A DNA stretch of 64,000 nt from an uncultured Akkermansia sp. (GTDB lineage Bacteria > Verrucomicrobiota > Verrucomicrobiia > Verrucomicrobiales > Akkermansiaceae), in the NCBI GenBank assembly GCA_904501915.1, contig CAJGCV010000001.1:17280-81279 (forward strand), in the 5' to 3' direction. Position numbers and translations under genes: made by a program. This document shows positions 19,006 through 28,946 of the stretch, piece by piece (position 1 is the first letter of the stretch; each line of letters starts with the position of its first letter). The notes under the pieces are model-generated. The model worked only from the letters and a program-made list of their open reading frames with translations, was not told where the DNA came from and did not search any database.

Positions 19006-19032
19006 AACCTCAACAACCCAAAATTACATATC

Positions 19033-19656
19033 ATGTTAGTAGGAAAACAAGCCCCCGTATTCAAGGCCAATGCAGTAGTGAATGGAAAAATCGTGAGTGA
19101 ATTCAGTCTTCAGGATTATGTGGACAAGAAGTATGTGCTCTTTTTCTTCTATCCGAAAGATTTCACCTTTGTGTGCCCGACAGAGCTGCTGGGATTCCAG
19201 GCAGCGCTGCCTGAGTTCGAGAAGCGCAACACCGTGGTGGTAGGGTGCTCCACCGATACGGAGTACAGCCACTGGGCGTGGTGCCAGAAGCCGCAGAGCG
19301 ACGGCGGGATATGCGGGGTGACCTACCCGCTGGTGGCCGATACGAACAAAACGATATCCGATGCGTTTGATGTGCTGGCGGGCGAGCGCTATGTGGATGA
19401 GAAAGGCAATCTGCAGGTAAAGGGCGAGCTGGTGGCATACCGCGGTCTCTTCCTCATCGACAAGCAGGGCATTGTGCGACACCAGCTGGTGAACGATATG
19501 CCGCTGGGGCGTTCTGTGGAAGAAGCCATACGTATTGTGGATGCACTGCAGCATTATGAGCAGTACGGCGAGGTATGCCCGCTGGGCTGGCATCCCGGTC
19601 AGGAAGCGATGCAGCCTACGCATGATGGCGTGGCAGCATATCTGGGCAAGCGATAG
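19033..19656 (+). CDS. ahpC: 2-Cys peroxiredoxin (AhpC/Prx1)
   Basis: FYPKDFTFVCPTE, RGLFLID, GRSVEE, GEVCP. Confidence 0.95.
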   Translation: MLVGKQAPVFKANAVVNGKIVSEFSLQDYVDKKYVLFFFYPKDFTFVCPTELLGFQAALPEFEKRNTVVVGCSTDTEYSHWAWCQKPQSDGGICGVTYPLVADTNKTISDAFDVLAGERYVDEKGNLQVKGELVAYRGLFLIDKQGIVRHQLVNDMPLGRSVEEAIRIVDALQHYEQYGEVCPLGWHPGQEAMQPTHDGVAAYLGKR

Positions 19657-19682
19657 TTGTTATATTTCATCAGCACAGTTCA

Positions 19683-19720
19683 AAAGAAAGAGTCACTTCC
19701 CGTGAATGGGAAGTGACTCT
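19683..19720. terminator. Terminator between convergent ahpC and the flavoprotein gene
   Basis: AGAGTCACTTCCC-GTGAAT-GGGAAGTGACTCT 13-bp stem with A-rich flank. Confidence 0.85.
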
Positions 19721-19751
19721 GATGTTTAGAACAAGGAATGGTACGTATTAA

Positions 19752-20879
19752 TCAATACACGTCCTTCTGGTAACGCTTGGCAGCCTTCATATCGGCAAGG
19801 TAGGCAGAGGCTTCTTCCTCGGAGCGGTTGCCGTATTTGCCAATGATGGCAAGGAGGGCTTTCTCCACATCCTTGGCCATGCGGTTGGCATCGCCGCACA
19901 TGTAGAAGGCTGCTCCGTTTTCGAGCCACTGCCAGACTTCCTCGCCGGCCTGTTCCATGAGGTTCTGCACGTAAATCTTGTACTCCTGGTCACGGCTCCA
20001 GGCAACGGAGAGCTTAAGCTTACCGCTTTCCACCAGCGGGGCGGTTTCGTCCTCGTAGCAGTTGTCGGTAGCCTGGTAGGGGTTGCCGAAGAAGAGCCAC
20101 ATGGGGCCTGCGGCGTTATCTGCCACACGCTGCTGCCAGAAAGCGCGGAAGGGGGCAATGCCGGTGCCGGGACCGACCATGATGATGGGAGTGTTGCCAT
20201 CTTCCGGCAGGCGGAAGTTCTTGTTGCAGTGCACAAATACCTTTACTTTGTCGCCGGGCTGGATGCGGTCTGCCATGAAGGTGGAGCACACGCCCCCGCG
20301 CTTGCGGTCGTTGGTGGTGTAGCGCACGGCGCCCACGCAGAGGGAAACCTGGCCGGGAACGGCATCAGGGCTGGAGGCGATGGAGTACAGACGCGGGGAA
20401 ATCTTACCCAGGATGCTGACAAAGGCGGTGGCATCTGCAAAGCTGGCCTTGCAGCAATCGCAGGTGGCAAGGTCAAGGACATCGCGCCCCCAGCAGAAAT
20501 CCTTGAGGGCCTCCTTGTCTGCCAGGATGGAGGCGAGTTTTTCACTGTTGGCCACGGCATTCCACTTGGTGAGCATGCCTTTCTTCAGGTTCGTGATATC
20601 GTAGCTGCTGATGAGAGCTTCGCGCAGCGGGGCGGTGGCACCATCGGGGGTGGGAACCTCTGCCGCAGCATCGAGTCCCAGGGCTGCAATGAGTGCGTCT
20701 ACAAGTGCCGGGTCATTGCAGGGGATAACGCCCAGAGCATCACCGGTGGTGTAGGTAAGCCCGGAACCCTCCAGCGAGTAATCTACGTGGATGGTTTCCT
20801 TGGCGCTGCCGGGCTTGGTAACAGAGCGGACTCCCAGCACAGTGGCCGGGAACGGATTCTTCATGCTGTACGGTTCCAT
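19752..20879 (-). CDS. CysJ-like FAD/NADPH reductase lacking the flavodoxin domain
   Basis: RLYSIASS, GVCSTF, MVGPGTGIAPFRAF, YMCGDA, RYQKDVY C-terminus; only ~375 aa. Confidence 0.88.
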   Translation of the reverse strand: MEPYSMKNPFPATVLGVRSVTKPGSAKETIHVDYSLEGSGLTYTTGDALGVIPCNDPALVDALIAALGLDAAAEVPTPDGATAPLREALISSYDITNLKKGMLTKWNAVANSEKLASILADKEALKDFCWGRDVLDLATCDCCKASFADATAFVSILGKISPRLYSIASSPDAVPGQVSLCVGAVRYTTNDRKRGGVCSTFMADRIQPGDKVKVFVHCNKNFRLPEDGNTPIIMVGPGTGIAPFRAFWQQRVADNAAGPMWLFFGNPYQATDNCYEDETAPLVESGKLKLSVAWSRDQEYKIYVQNLMEQAGEEVWQWLENGAAFYMCGDANRMAKDVEKALLAIIGKYGNRSEEEASAYLADMKAAKRYQKDVY

Positions 20880-21099
20880 TGTCGTGTAAAAACAGGTGTT
20901 TTCGTTACTGAGTAGTCTGCCTGATACCCCTCTTGATGTCAAGAAAATTTCAATTTATCCCCTATGAGTGCAAATCAGAAATTTGCGCCGCGTGTCAGGA
21001 AATTTCTGTGCTCCATGGGGACACCTGTGCTATGAGATGTACCACCGGGCAGTCCGGTGACTATCCGCATGTATCGTCGGATCTGCGTGTTGGGTCAAA

Positions 21100-22503
21100 T
21101 CATGATTCATCGTATGTGACCATGATGCGGGCAACGGAGGGGAGGCGTTCGGCGAGTTTTTTGTTGAGCTTGGTGAGGCGGGCGTGGCTTTCTTCCACAG
21201 TAAGCTTGTTTTCTTTCGGAATGGTGATGATACAGAGGCGCTCGTTCCCGCGGGTGTGGCAGGTGATGCTGGTGGGCAGGGGCGCACCGCGGTCAATCAT
21301 GGCGGAGCGCACCTGGTCTTCCCAGTCGGCTGGTAAATCCAGTCTGGAGACAGGCAGTTGCCGCAGGTCCGGCTCCACATGCAGCGCCACAACATCCGCT
21401 TTCAGACTGCGCTTGACTTCACTGCGGAAGGCTTCGATGGCCACTTGCCAGGATTCCAGCGTGGCATCAGAAGGGAGCTCCAAATCTACCGCAATGACAA
21501 ATTGCCCTGCATCTGTATGCTGGAGTACCAGACCATGCACGCCGAAACGGTGGGTGAGGGCAAGGCGGCGGATGGTGAAACCGGGTGTTTCCGGCAGGTT
21601 CTCGGAGGGGTGCATGTGCACCATGGTTTCGGCACCCTCCAGGGCGGTGGATACCAGGGCTTCGATGGCATCGGCGATTTCATGCGCCGTATCGACATGC
21701 AGGCTGTGGGGCACCTGAACGGCCATATCGACATAGTACCGGGAGCCGGATTCACGCACGCGGAGGCGAGTGACGGGGTAAGTGGGCATGCGTTCTGCCA
21801 TGAGGACGCGCACTTTTTCGTTGGCTTCGGTGCTCTGCTTGTCCATGAGGTTGCCGATGGATTCCATACCGAGCTCCTTACAGACATGGAGGATGAGCGC
21901 CGCGACAACAAGGGAGGCGAAGACATCTGCGCGGACGAGGAACCAGTGCAGCCAGCTGCCGGCTACGGTCATGTCTGCCACGGCGGCACCTGTGATGCCC
22001 AGGAGGACTGCACCGCTGCTCCAGATATCGGTGGTGAAGTGTGCGGCATCTGCTTCCAGCGCGGCGCTGCGGGTTTCTTTTGCCACGCGCTTGAGCATGC
22101 GAGCCCGGTTCACGTCCACAATAATGGAGAGGATGATGATACCGAACGCCCAGTATGAGAATGTGACGGTGAGTGCTTCAGGGTCATTGCTCATGAGGCG
22201 CTCCACCGCTTCCATGATAACCCAGCCTGCGGTGCAGAGTAGCAGGAGCGTTTCGCCCAGCGCCATGAGGTTTTCGATTTTGCCGTGACCGTACGGGTGG
22301 TCTTTGTCGGCTGGCAGGGCTGCAACTTTGACGGCATAGACCGTGCCGCCGGCTGCGATGAGGTCGAGCGTGCTGTGCAGAGCTTCTGAAAGGATACCCA
22401 GTGAGCCGGTCATGATGCCCACAACCATTTTTGTGGCGGCCAGAATGCCGCTCCAGATGACCGAGGACCACGCCGCTACGCTTTTTCTGCTGTCTGTATC
22501 CAT
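21100..22503 (-). CDS. Cation diffusion facilitator transporter with extended C-terminal region
   Basis: SLGILSEALHSTLD, PADKDHPYGHGKIE, ADAAHFTTD; TTGACT-17-TAGAGT-6-ATG. Confidence 0.93.
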   Translation of the reverse strand: MDTDSRKSVAAWSSVIWSGILAATKMVVGIMTGSLGILSEALHSTLDLIAAGGTVYAVKVAALPADKDHPYGHGKIENLMALGETLLLLCTAGWVIMEAVERLMSNDPEALTVTFSYWAFGIIILSIIVDVNRARMLKRVAKETRSAALEADAAHFTTDIWSSGAVLLGITGAAVADMTVAGSWLHWFLVRADVFASLVVAALILHVCKELGMESIGNLMDKQSTEANEKVRVLMAERMPTYPVTRLRVRESGSRYYVDMAVQVPHSLHVDTAHEIADAIEALVSTALEGAETMVHMHPSENLPETPGFTIRRLALTHRFGVHGLVLQHTDAGQFVIAVDLELPSDATLESWQVAIEAFRSEVKRSLKADVVALHVEPDLRQLPVSRLDLPADWEDQVRSAMIDRGAPLPTSITCHTRGNERLCIITIPKENKLTVEESHARLTKLNKKLAERLPSVARIMVTYDES

Positions 22504-22593
22504 ACGGAAACTCTACAGGCAAAAGGCGCAATAGTCAAGCTAAAGGAAAGAATGATTCTTAAAAAGCAGTTAGGGTGATGCTATAGATTCAGC

Positions 22594-22622
22594 TTGCCAT
22601 GGCGTGGCTCTGACGGTAGAAT
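22594..22622 (+). promoter_or_regulatory. sigma70-type promoter, leaderless geometry
   Basis: TTGCCA-17 nt-TAGAAT-6 nt-ATG(22629). Confidence 0.75.
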
Positions 22623-22628
22623 GAGCCA

Positions 22629-23990
22629 ATGAAACAGTTTCTGTATATTCTTCCGCTGGCGCTCAGTCCTGTAATGGCACAGGTGGCTGATGCCAAAGCT
22701 GCATGCACGGCTGCCCTGGATGCCATGAAAACGGCGCAGTCTGAAGATATGGGCAGCGTGATTACGGCGGTGCTGGATTCTACCGGAGGAGACGAACAGG
22801 CCTATTACCGATTGATGAAAGAGGCTGCGGATGCGGGGCATCCTGTGGCTCTGCTGTGGTCTGCCCGGCAGATGCTGACGCAGCTGAAAGTGCAGCGCAA
22901 GGATTTGGAAAACGCGCCGGAAGCGGTGAATATGCGCGCAGCGCTGGAACAGGCTGCCAGCCAGGGCTATGTGCCCGCTATGGTGGAGCTGGCGCATGTG
23001 TGCGGAAATGGTATCGGAGCCCCGGCAGATGAAGACGCCGGCATGAAACACCTGATGGCGGCATGCAAGGCTAACAGCGCTCGAGCTCGCGCCGGGTATC
23101 TGCTGCTTTCCGGGCGTCTGGATAAGGGTGGGGCTGCATCTGCGGCTGTGGCGGCGGAATTGAAGAAAAATAATTTCTACTTGGAGGAATTCCTGGCGGC
23201 TATGATTGGCCGGCATGATGAGGAGAAGAGCCGCGACTGGATGACGAAGGCTGCATCACACGGCAGCCCGGGTGCAGCCTGCACGCTGGCATTCTATTAT
23301 CTGCAGCAGGGGAAGCATGCCCTGGGACTTGAATTCCTGAAACAGGCTGCGGAGCGGAATCATCCCGAGGCGTTGGCTCAACTTGCTTCGTGGACCCTGC
23401 CCGAGGCCCAGCTGCCGGAAGGCTTGAAGGATGCGCTGAAACCAGATACAGAGGCCGCCATCCGCTTGTTCCAGAAAGCCGCTTTACTAGGGTATACGCC
23501 GGCGCTGATTCCGCTGGCCGGTGAGTACCACAAGAACCCCGGAAAATACAAGCCTGAACGGGTGTTCGAGTTGTACCGCATGGCGGCAGATGCCGGTGAC
23601 CCGCGTGGCGGGGTGGCGTTTGCTTATTCGCTTGCCTGTGGCCGGGGATGCACGCAGGATACGGAACGCGGGGTGCGGATTCTGACGCAGCTGGTGGATG
23701 CCGGAGTGCCATTTGCCAATATGGCACTGGCTGATTTGTATTTTAACGGGACAGGTGTGCCTGCTGATATGGGCAAAGCACTCAGTGCCTTGACGACAGC
23801 GGCTTCTGCCGGTGTGCCGCAGTGCTACACGCTCATGGCGGTGATTGCCCAGCTGGGCAATGCCTCCAGACCCTCTGAACCCACCCGTGCCAGAATGTAC
23901 CTGCGCATGGCGCAGGAGCGCGGCGAAATGAATGCGCAACAGGCATATGATACCATGGTGCAGCAAGGCGGCTGGCGCTTTATCCCATGA
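22629..23990 (+). CDS. Secreted Sel1-like repeat protein
   Basis: Signal peptide MKQFLYILPLALSPVMA; repeated AAxxG/GxGxxxD units. Confidence 0.85.
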   Translation: MKQFLYILPLALSPVMAQVADAKAACTAALDAMKTAQSEDMGSVITAVLDSTGGDEQAYYRLMKEAADAGHPVALLWSARQMLTQLKVQRKDLENAPEAVNMRAALEQAASQGYVPAMVELAHVCGNGIGAPADEDAGMKHLMAACKANSARARAGYLLLSGRLDKGGAASAAVAAELKKNNFYLEEFLAAMIGRHDEEKSRDWMTKAASHGSPGAACTLAFYYLQQGKHALGLEFLKQAAERNHPEALAQLASWTLPEAQLPEGLKDALKPDTEAAIRLFQKAALLGYTPALIPLAGEYHKNPGKYKPERVFELYRMAADAGDPRGGVAFAYSLACGRGCTQDTERGVRILTQLVDAGVPFANMALADLYFNGTGVPADMGKALSALTTAASAGVPQCYTLMAVIAQLGNASRPSEPTRARMYLRMAQERGEMNAQQAYDTMVQQGGWRFIP

Positions 23991-24090
23991 GGTGAGCGAA
24001 TAGCCCCGACCGTTTAATCTTGCCAAGTATCTGCCGCTTTGTTACAATACCCGGCACGGCGAAGAAACAACAAGAAATTCGTTTTAGTAT

Positions 24091-25695
24091 ATGACGCGTC
24101 TGTTAAACCAATTATCGCGGACTGGTGATGACCCGGGTGTGCGCTTCAAAGGCGGCGTGCATGTGATGCTGGGTGTGGCTCTGCTGGGGCTGGTGGCCAT
24201 GTGCTTCATTGCCTGTTCAGCTGCGGATGATGTATGGAATGCTGCTTTCCGGGTTATCTGGCTGGTGCTCACCAGCATGGGGCTGCTGCTGCTGGCAGGA
24301 TTATCTCGTCTGCCACAGCAACTGACGGTGCGGCGCACGTTCCTGCTGGTGTCCATGATTGTGGCGCAGCTGCTGATTATGACTGGCGTGTGTGCGCTTA
24401 AAGGCGTGATTCCCGGTTTTAATCTGCAGGGACAGGTGCTGCTCTGGCTGCCGTATGCACTGGCTCCCACTGTGCTGGCTGTGATGATTGGCCGTCGTCT
24501 GGGTGCGTTTACGGCATTGTGCTGCACGATTTTCGGGGTGACCATGTTCCCCTCCGGTACGGATTCGGCTGTAATTCTGAACTACAGCGCCGTTAGTTTT
24601 GTGACCGGTACAGTGTGTGCTCTGGTTTCCGGCCGGGTTCACAAGCGGGAGCAGATTCTGCGTGCTGGTTTTGTAGCCAGCGCGATAGCGTTTGCCTCTG
24701 TGTATCTGCTGCTGAGTCTCGATGCCGCCGGAGCTGATGCCAACATTGCGCTGCGCGGATTTACGGGTGGTTTCAACGTAGGCGGTTTTGCTCTGGAACT
24801 TGCCGTGACAGTGGGCATCAATTTTGTACTGGCTGCCCTTATAGGCGGCATGATGCCGGCACTGGAGCGTGTGTTCAATATCTCTACGCCCATTACATGG
24901 CTGGAATGGGCCGATATGAACCATCCGCTTCTGCGCAAGCTGCAGATTGTGGCTCCCGGCACGTTCCACCACAGTCTGGTGGTGCAGCGATTGTCCGAAG
25001 CCGGGGCAGAAGCTATTGGGGCAGATGTGACGCGCGCCGGTGTGTGCGGGCTTTACCACGATATCGGCAAGATTGCGAACCCTCAGTATTTTGCTGAGAA
25101 TATAGCAGACCAGAACAACTCCCCGCATGCAGACCTGACCCCGGAAGCCAGTGCCCGCATTATTACCGGTCATGTGACAGAAGGTGTGGAGCTGGCGCAA
25201 TCGTACGGCCTGAATAACCGCATTGTGAATGTGATTCGGGAGCACCACGGCGTTTCAACGGCGTATTTCTTCTATCGCAAGGCGCTTGACCACTACGAAG
25301 AGGAAAAAGCCAAGTTCGAGGAGGGGCTCATCGACACTTGCCCGGAGGAGGTGGATAAGTCCATCTTCACCTACAAGGGGCCGATTCCCCAGACTCGCGA
25401 GAGCGGCATTGTGAGCATGGCTGATGCCGTGGAAAGTGCCACCCGCTCGCTCCAGCACCCCACAGAAGAGGATATCCGCAACATGATTGACGGCATTTTC
25501 AAGGGTCGTATTCTGGATGGGCACCTGCAGGACTGCGCGCTGACGCTGGGCGATATCGAGAAACTCAAGGAATCATTCTTTGCGACGATTCGCACCATGC
25601 ACCACAATCGTATTGCGTACCCGAAACCCAAGCCGAATGATGCTACGGCGGCGGTTATTGAGCTGCGCAAGGCAGAGGATAAACAGGATAAGTGA
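24091..25695 (+). CDS. 7TM-HD (HDIG) phosphohydrolase, PgpH-like
   Basis: Multiple TM helices, then APGTFHHS, YHDIGK, HVTEG, EHHG, ADAVES, RIAYP. Confidence 0.92.
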   Translation: MTRLLNQLSRTGDDPGVRFKGGVHVMLGVALLGLVAMCFIACSAADDVWNAAFRVIWLVLTSMGLLLLAGLSRLPQQLTVRRTFLLVSMIVAQLLIMTGVCALKGVIPGFNLQGQVLLWLPYALAPTVLAVMIGRRLGAFTALCCTIFGVTMFPSGTDSAVILNYSAVSFVTGTVCALVSGRVHKREQILRAGFVASAIAFASVYLLLSLDAAGADANIALRGFTGGFNVGGFALELAVTVGINFVLAALIGGMMPALERVFNISTPITWLEWADMNHPLLRKLQIVAPGTFHHSLVVQRLSEAGAEAIGADVTRAGVCGLYHDIGKIANPQYFAENIADQNNSPHADLTPEASARIITGHVTEGVELAQSYGLNNRIVNVIREHHGVSTAYFFYRKALDHYEEEKAKFEEGLIDTCPEEVDKSIFTYKGPIPQTRESGIVSMADAVESATRSLQHPTEEDIRNMIDGIFKGRILDGHLQDCALTLGDIEKLKESFFATIRTMHHNRIAYPKPKPNDATAAVIELRKAEDKQDK

Positions 25696-26606
25696 TGAAA
25701 CGACACATCCGCAGTATTTCCATGGTAGTGGCCTTCCTGGTGGGAGGCCTCTTTCATAAGCAACTGGCGCCGCTGGGTGCCTGGCTGCCCGCCAGCGTGG
25801 CGCTGATGCTCAGCATCACCTTTATCGGCATAGAGACAGCCAGACTTAAACCCCAGCGTATGCATCTGTGGGTGTTGCTGGGTATTCAGCTCATTGGTAT
25901 GGGGTTCTGGGGCGTGGCCCGCCTGCTGGGGTATCCCGTGCTGGCAGAGTCGCTTTTCTTCTGCGGTATCGCGCCGGTGGCCATTGCGGCACCGGTGATT
26001 GTGAACCTGCTGAAAGGAAACGTGGAGTTCACGACGACGGCGCTGGTACTCAGCCAGATTGTGTTTGGTCTGGTAACACCTCTGCTGATGCCACTGGTCG
26101 TGCAGGTGGAGGGATTCTGCTACACTGAACTGGCGGCGGAGGTAGCCATGCAGCTGGGCACGGTGCTGGGAATCCCGGCTCTGGTGGCTATTGTGCTGCG
26201 TTGGGTGTACCCGCCTTGCAAGGGTTGGACGGCGAAGCTGCGCGATGTTTCGCTGGGTATCTGGATTATGAACCTGACCATCATTGCAGGCGTAGGCACG
26301 CAGCGTGTGCTGGAAATGAATATCAGTTGGTGGGATATGCTGCCCCTGGTGCTGGGGTCGCTGGTGGTGTGTATCACCGGTTTTGTGGCGGGATACCGCC
26401 TGGGGGGCAGGGAGCTGAGGCGTGAGTGTTCCCAATGCCTGGGACAGAAGAATACCATTCTCACTCTCTACATTGCCAGCCAGTGGTATGTACACCCGCT
26501 GGCCTACATCGGCCCGGCGTTCTATGTGTTCTTTCATAACATTGCCAACGCACTGCAAATAGCCCTGGCGAATGCAGAAAGTAAAAGGCAGAAGAATTCC
26601 TCGTAG
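25695..26606 (+). CDS. BASS/SBF-like membrane transporter
   Basis: Hydrophobic; APVAIAAPVIVNLLKG, QCLGQKNT; TGATG coupling to the upstream gene. Confidence 0.75.
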   Translation: MKRHIRSISMVVAFLVGGLFHKQLAPLGAWLPASVALMLSITFIGIETARLKPQRMHLWVLLGIQLIGMGFWGVARLLGYPVLAESLFFCGIAPVAIAAPVIVNLLKGNVEFTTTALVLSQIVFGLVTPLLMPLVVQVEGFCYTELAAEVAMQLGTVLGIPALVAIVLRWVYPPCKGWTAKLRDVSLGIWIMNLTIIAGVGTQRVLEMNISWWDMLPLVLGSLVVCITGFVAGYRLGGRELRRECSQCLGQKNTILTLYIASQWYVHPLAYIGPAFYVFFHNIANALQIALANAESKRQKNSS

Positions 26607-26704
26607 TCAGGAAAACGAAAAGTTGTGAGAATCACCTCAGAGCTTTTTAATGACAGGAGCGGCATGAGCCGCCCTATTCTTCTGCATTCTGCAATTATAT
26701 GTAG

Positions 26705-27089
26705 GCCGTCCGGGTCCTGTAAGCCAGATTCTGTCCACCCTTGCGGGCTGTGTGGCCATTTTTCTCTGCACCTGTTGGCAGGTGAGCCCTGCGTTTATAG
26801 CAGGGTGCAACTAATACCCGGGAATACAGCGGGCAGGCGACCCTTTCCCTGTTTGTCTTGCATCGCGCGGGGTTTTCCGTGCCTCCGTCGTTACCTTCGG
26901 AGCGGTGGGCTCTTACCCCACCTTTTCACCCTTACCCTTGCGGGCGGTTTGTTTTCTGTGGCACTTTCCGGCCACCCGGCATTGGCTCCGGGTGTCTCCT
27001 GCTTTCGCAGGACACGCTGCCTTATGATGTCCGGACTTTCCTCTACGGGTGTTTTTTATACCCGCAGCGACCACCCGGACCCGGACGGC
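26705..27089 (-). ncRNA. rnpB: RNase P RNA (bacterial type A)
   Basis: Minus strand has GAGGAAAGTCCGG, AGTGCCACAGAAA, GGTGAAAAGGTGGGGTAAGAGCCCACC and ACAGAATCTGGCTTA; terminal P1 helix GCCGTCCGGGTCC/GGACCCGGACGGC. Confidence 0.97.
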
Positions 27090-27095
27090 ACAGCG

Positions 27096-27124
27096 AGAGT
27101 ACACCGAACCCCCGCACTTGGCAA
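27096..27124 (-). promoter_or_regulatory. rnpB promoter
   Basis: TTGCCA-17 nt-TACTCT-6 nt-first base of the P1 helix. Confidence 0.8.
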
Positions 27125-27182
27125 GTCAAATCGCCCCATTTGGCTTGATTTTATGCGTTAGATGGCGTAAAATACGCTGCGT

Positions 27183-28340
27183 ATGAAGAAACGCGTGGTT
27201 ATTCTCGGCTCTACCGGCAGTATTGGCACCAGCGCCCTCAAGGTGGCGCGCGATATCCCGGAGCGCATGGAGGTGGTGGCTCTGGCTGCCCACAGCAATG
27301 TGGTAAAGCTGGCCGAGCAAGCGCGCGAGTTCAAGGTGCAGCATGTGTGCATCTATGATTCTTCCAAGGTAGCCGAGCTGCAGCGGCTTCTTCCCTCCGG
27401 GGTACAGGTGTATGCAGGATTGGAGGGGCTCTGCCAGCTGGCCACGCTCGATTGCGCAGATATGGTGCTGGTGTCTATCATAGGCACGGATGGCCTGAAG
27501 CCTACTCTTGAAGCTATTGAGGCAGGCAAGGACCTGGCAATTGCTTCCAAGGAGATTCTGGTGATGGCTGGTGAGGTAGTGATGAACCGCGCCAAGACCA
27601 AGGGTATCAACGTGCTGCCGGTGGATAGCGAGCATAATGCCATTTACCAATGCCTGCAAGGGAATCACGGAGGTGCAGGGCAGGTCAACCGCCTGATTCT
27701 GACGGCGAGCGGTGGTCCTTTCCGCAATACGCCGCGCGAGCAGCTGGCTGCGGTGACGCTGGAGCAGGCGCTTAAGCACCCCACCTGGCAGATGGGGCGA
27801 AAGATTACCATTGACAGCGCTACCATGTTCAACAAGGGGCTGGAGATGATTGAGGCCCGCTGGTTGTTTGATATTCCTATGGAGCGGGTGGATGTGATTG
27901 TGCATCCCCAGAGCATTGTGCATTCGCTCGTGGAGTTTGTGGATGGCTCTATTCTCGCGCAGCTGAGCAGCAGTGATATGTGCTTCCCCATTCAATATGC
28001 CGTTACCTGGCCGGAGAGGCTGCCGAATTCCCTGCCGCACCTTGACCTGGCGCAGATTGCCAGCCTGAGGTTTGAAGCACCTCGCTGGGATGATTTCCCT
28101 GCGCTTACCCTCGCCCGCACTGCAGGCCTCACCGGCGGCACCATGCCAGCCATGTACAACGCAGCCAATGAAGTGGCTGTACAGGCCTTTGTGGATGGCA
28201 AACTGTCATTCCCCGGCATCTGGGAAACCGTGGAGAAAGTGCTTTCCAATGCACGCCCCCGTGACTACGAAGGCAAATTAGGCATCATCCTGGAGGATGA
28301 TGCCTGGGCGAGAGAGGAAGCTTCCAGATGCATTTTCTAG
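27183..28340 (+). CDS. dxr: 1-deoxy-D-xylulose 5-phosphate reductoisomerase
   Basis: LGSTGSIG, PVDSEH, LTASGGPF, HPTWQMG, NKGLE, NAANE; TTGATT-17-TAAAAT promoter. Confidence 0.98.
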   Translation: MKKRVVILGSTGSIGTSALKVARDIPERMEVVALAAHSNVVKLAEQAREFKVQHVCIYDSSKVAELQRLLPSGVQVYAGLEGLCQLATLDCADMVLVSIIGTDGLKPTLEAIEAGKDLAIASKEILVMAGEVVMNRAKTKGINVLPVDSEHNAIYQCLQGNHGGAGQVNRLILTASGGPFRNTPREQLAAVTLEQALKHPTWQMGRKITIDSATMFNKGLEMIEARWLFDIPMERVDVIVHPQSIVHSLVEFVDGSILAQLSSSDMCFPIQYAVTWPERLPNSLPHLDLAQIASLRFEAPRWDDFPALTLARTAGLTGGTMPAMYNAANEVAVQAFVDGKLSFPGIWETVEKVLSNARPRDYEGKLGIILEDDAWAREEASRCIF

Positions 28341-28344
28341 GAAT

Positions 28345-28938
28345 ATGAAGATTAAAATTTTATTTTTTTTATATGCGCTGAAGGCTATGTGGCTGCGTAT
28401 GCGCGGCTGGCAGATAGGCAGCCGTAGTTTTATTAGCGGCTTTCCTCGCTTTTACAAATGCAGGAACTCTGAGATTATTCTTGGAAATGATGTAACTCTT
28501 CATTCCAAGTATAAATATAACACCCTTATCAGCACCCCCATGGATATATCCACGGTTGAGCCGGGTGCAAGGATCATTTTGCATGATCACTGTGGGCTAA
28601 GCGGTGCAAAAATTGTCTGTGCTACGGAAATTTCCATAGGCGAATACACGATTGTGGGACCAGATACTCTTATATATGACCGGAAGCCGCATCGTTATGC
28701 TCCAGATACCGGGTGGAGCCGGAATAATAGAGAAGGCAAACCTATCCGCATCGGAAAACGCTGTTACATCGGCACCCGTTGCATTATTTTGAAAGGTGTC
28801 ACCATTGGAGATGACTGCGTAATCTCTGCGGGTACCATGATTACGGAAGACGTACCCGCGGGACACATTGCGCGTGGCAATCCTGCTGTGTATGAAGCTC
28901 TGCCTGACAGGCTGGTCAATAAGCAGGATTGGGAATAA
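28345..28938 (+). CDS. Hexapeptide-repeat (left-handed beta-helix) O-acyltransferase
   Basis: PIRIGKRCYIGTRCIILKGVTIGDDCVISAG...GNPA. Confidence 0.88.
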   Translation: MKIKILFFLYALKAMWLRMRGWQIGSRSFISGFPRFYKCRNSEIILGNDVTLHSKYKYNTLISTPMDISTVEPGARIILHDHCGLSGAKIVCATEISIGEYTIVGPDTLIYDRKPHRYAPDTGWSRNNREGKPIRIGKRCYIGTRCIILKGVTIGDDCVISAGTMITEDVPAGHIARGNPAVYEALPDRLVNKQDWE

Positions 28939-28946
28939 TATAAGAA

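Noticed and set aside
26625..27161. ORFs of 178, 96 and 63 aa between the transporter and dxr
   Set aside because: They overlie the RNase P RNA gene, whose conserved motifs explain the region
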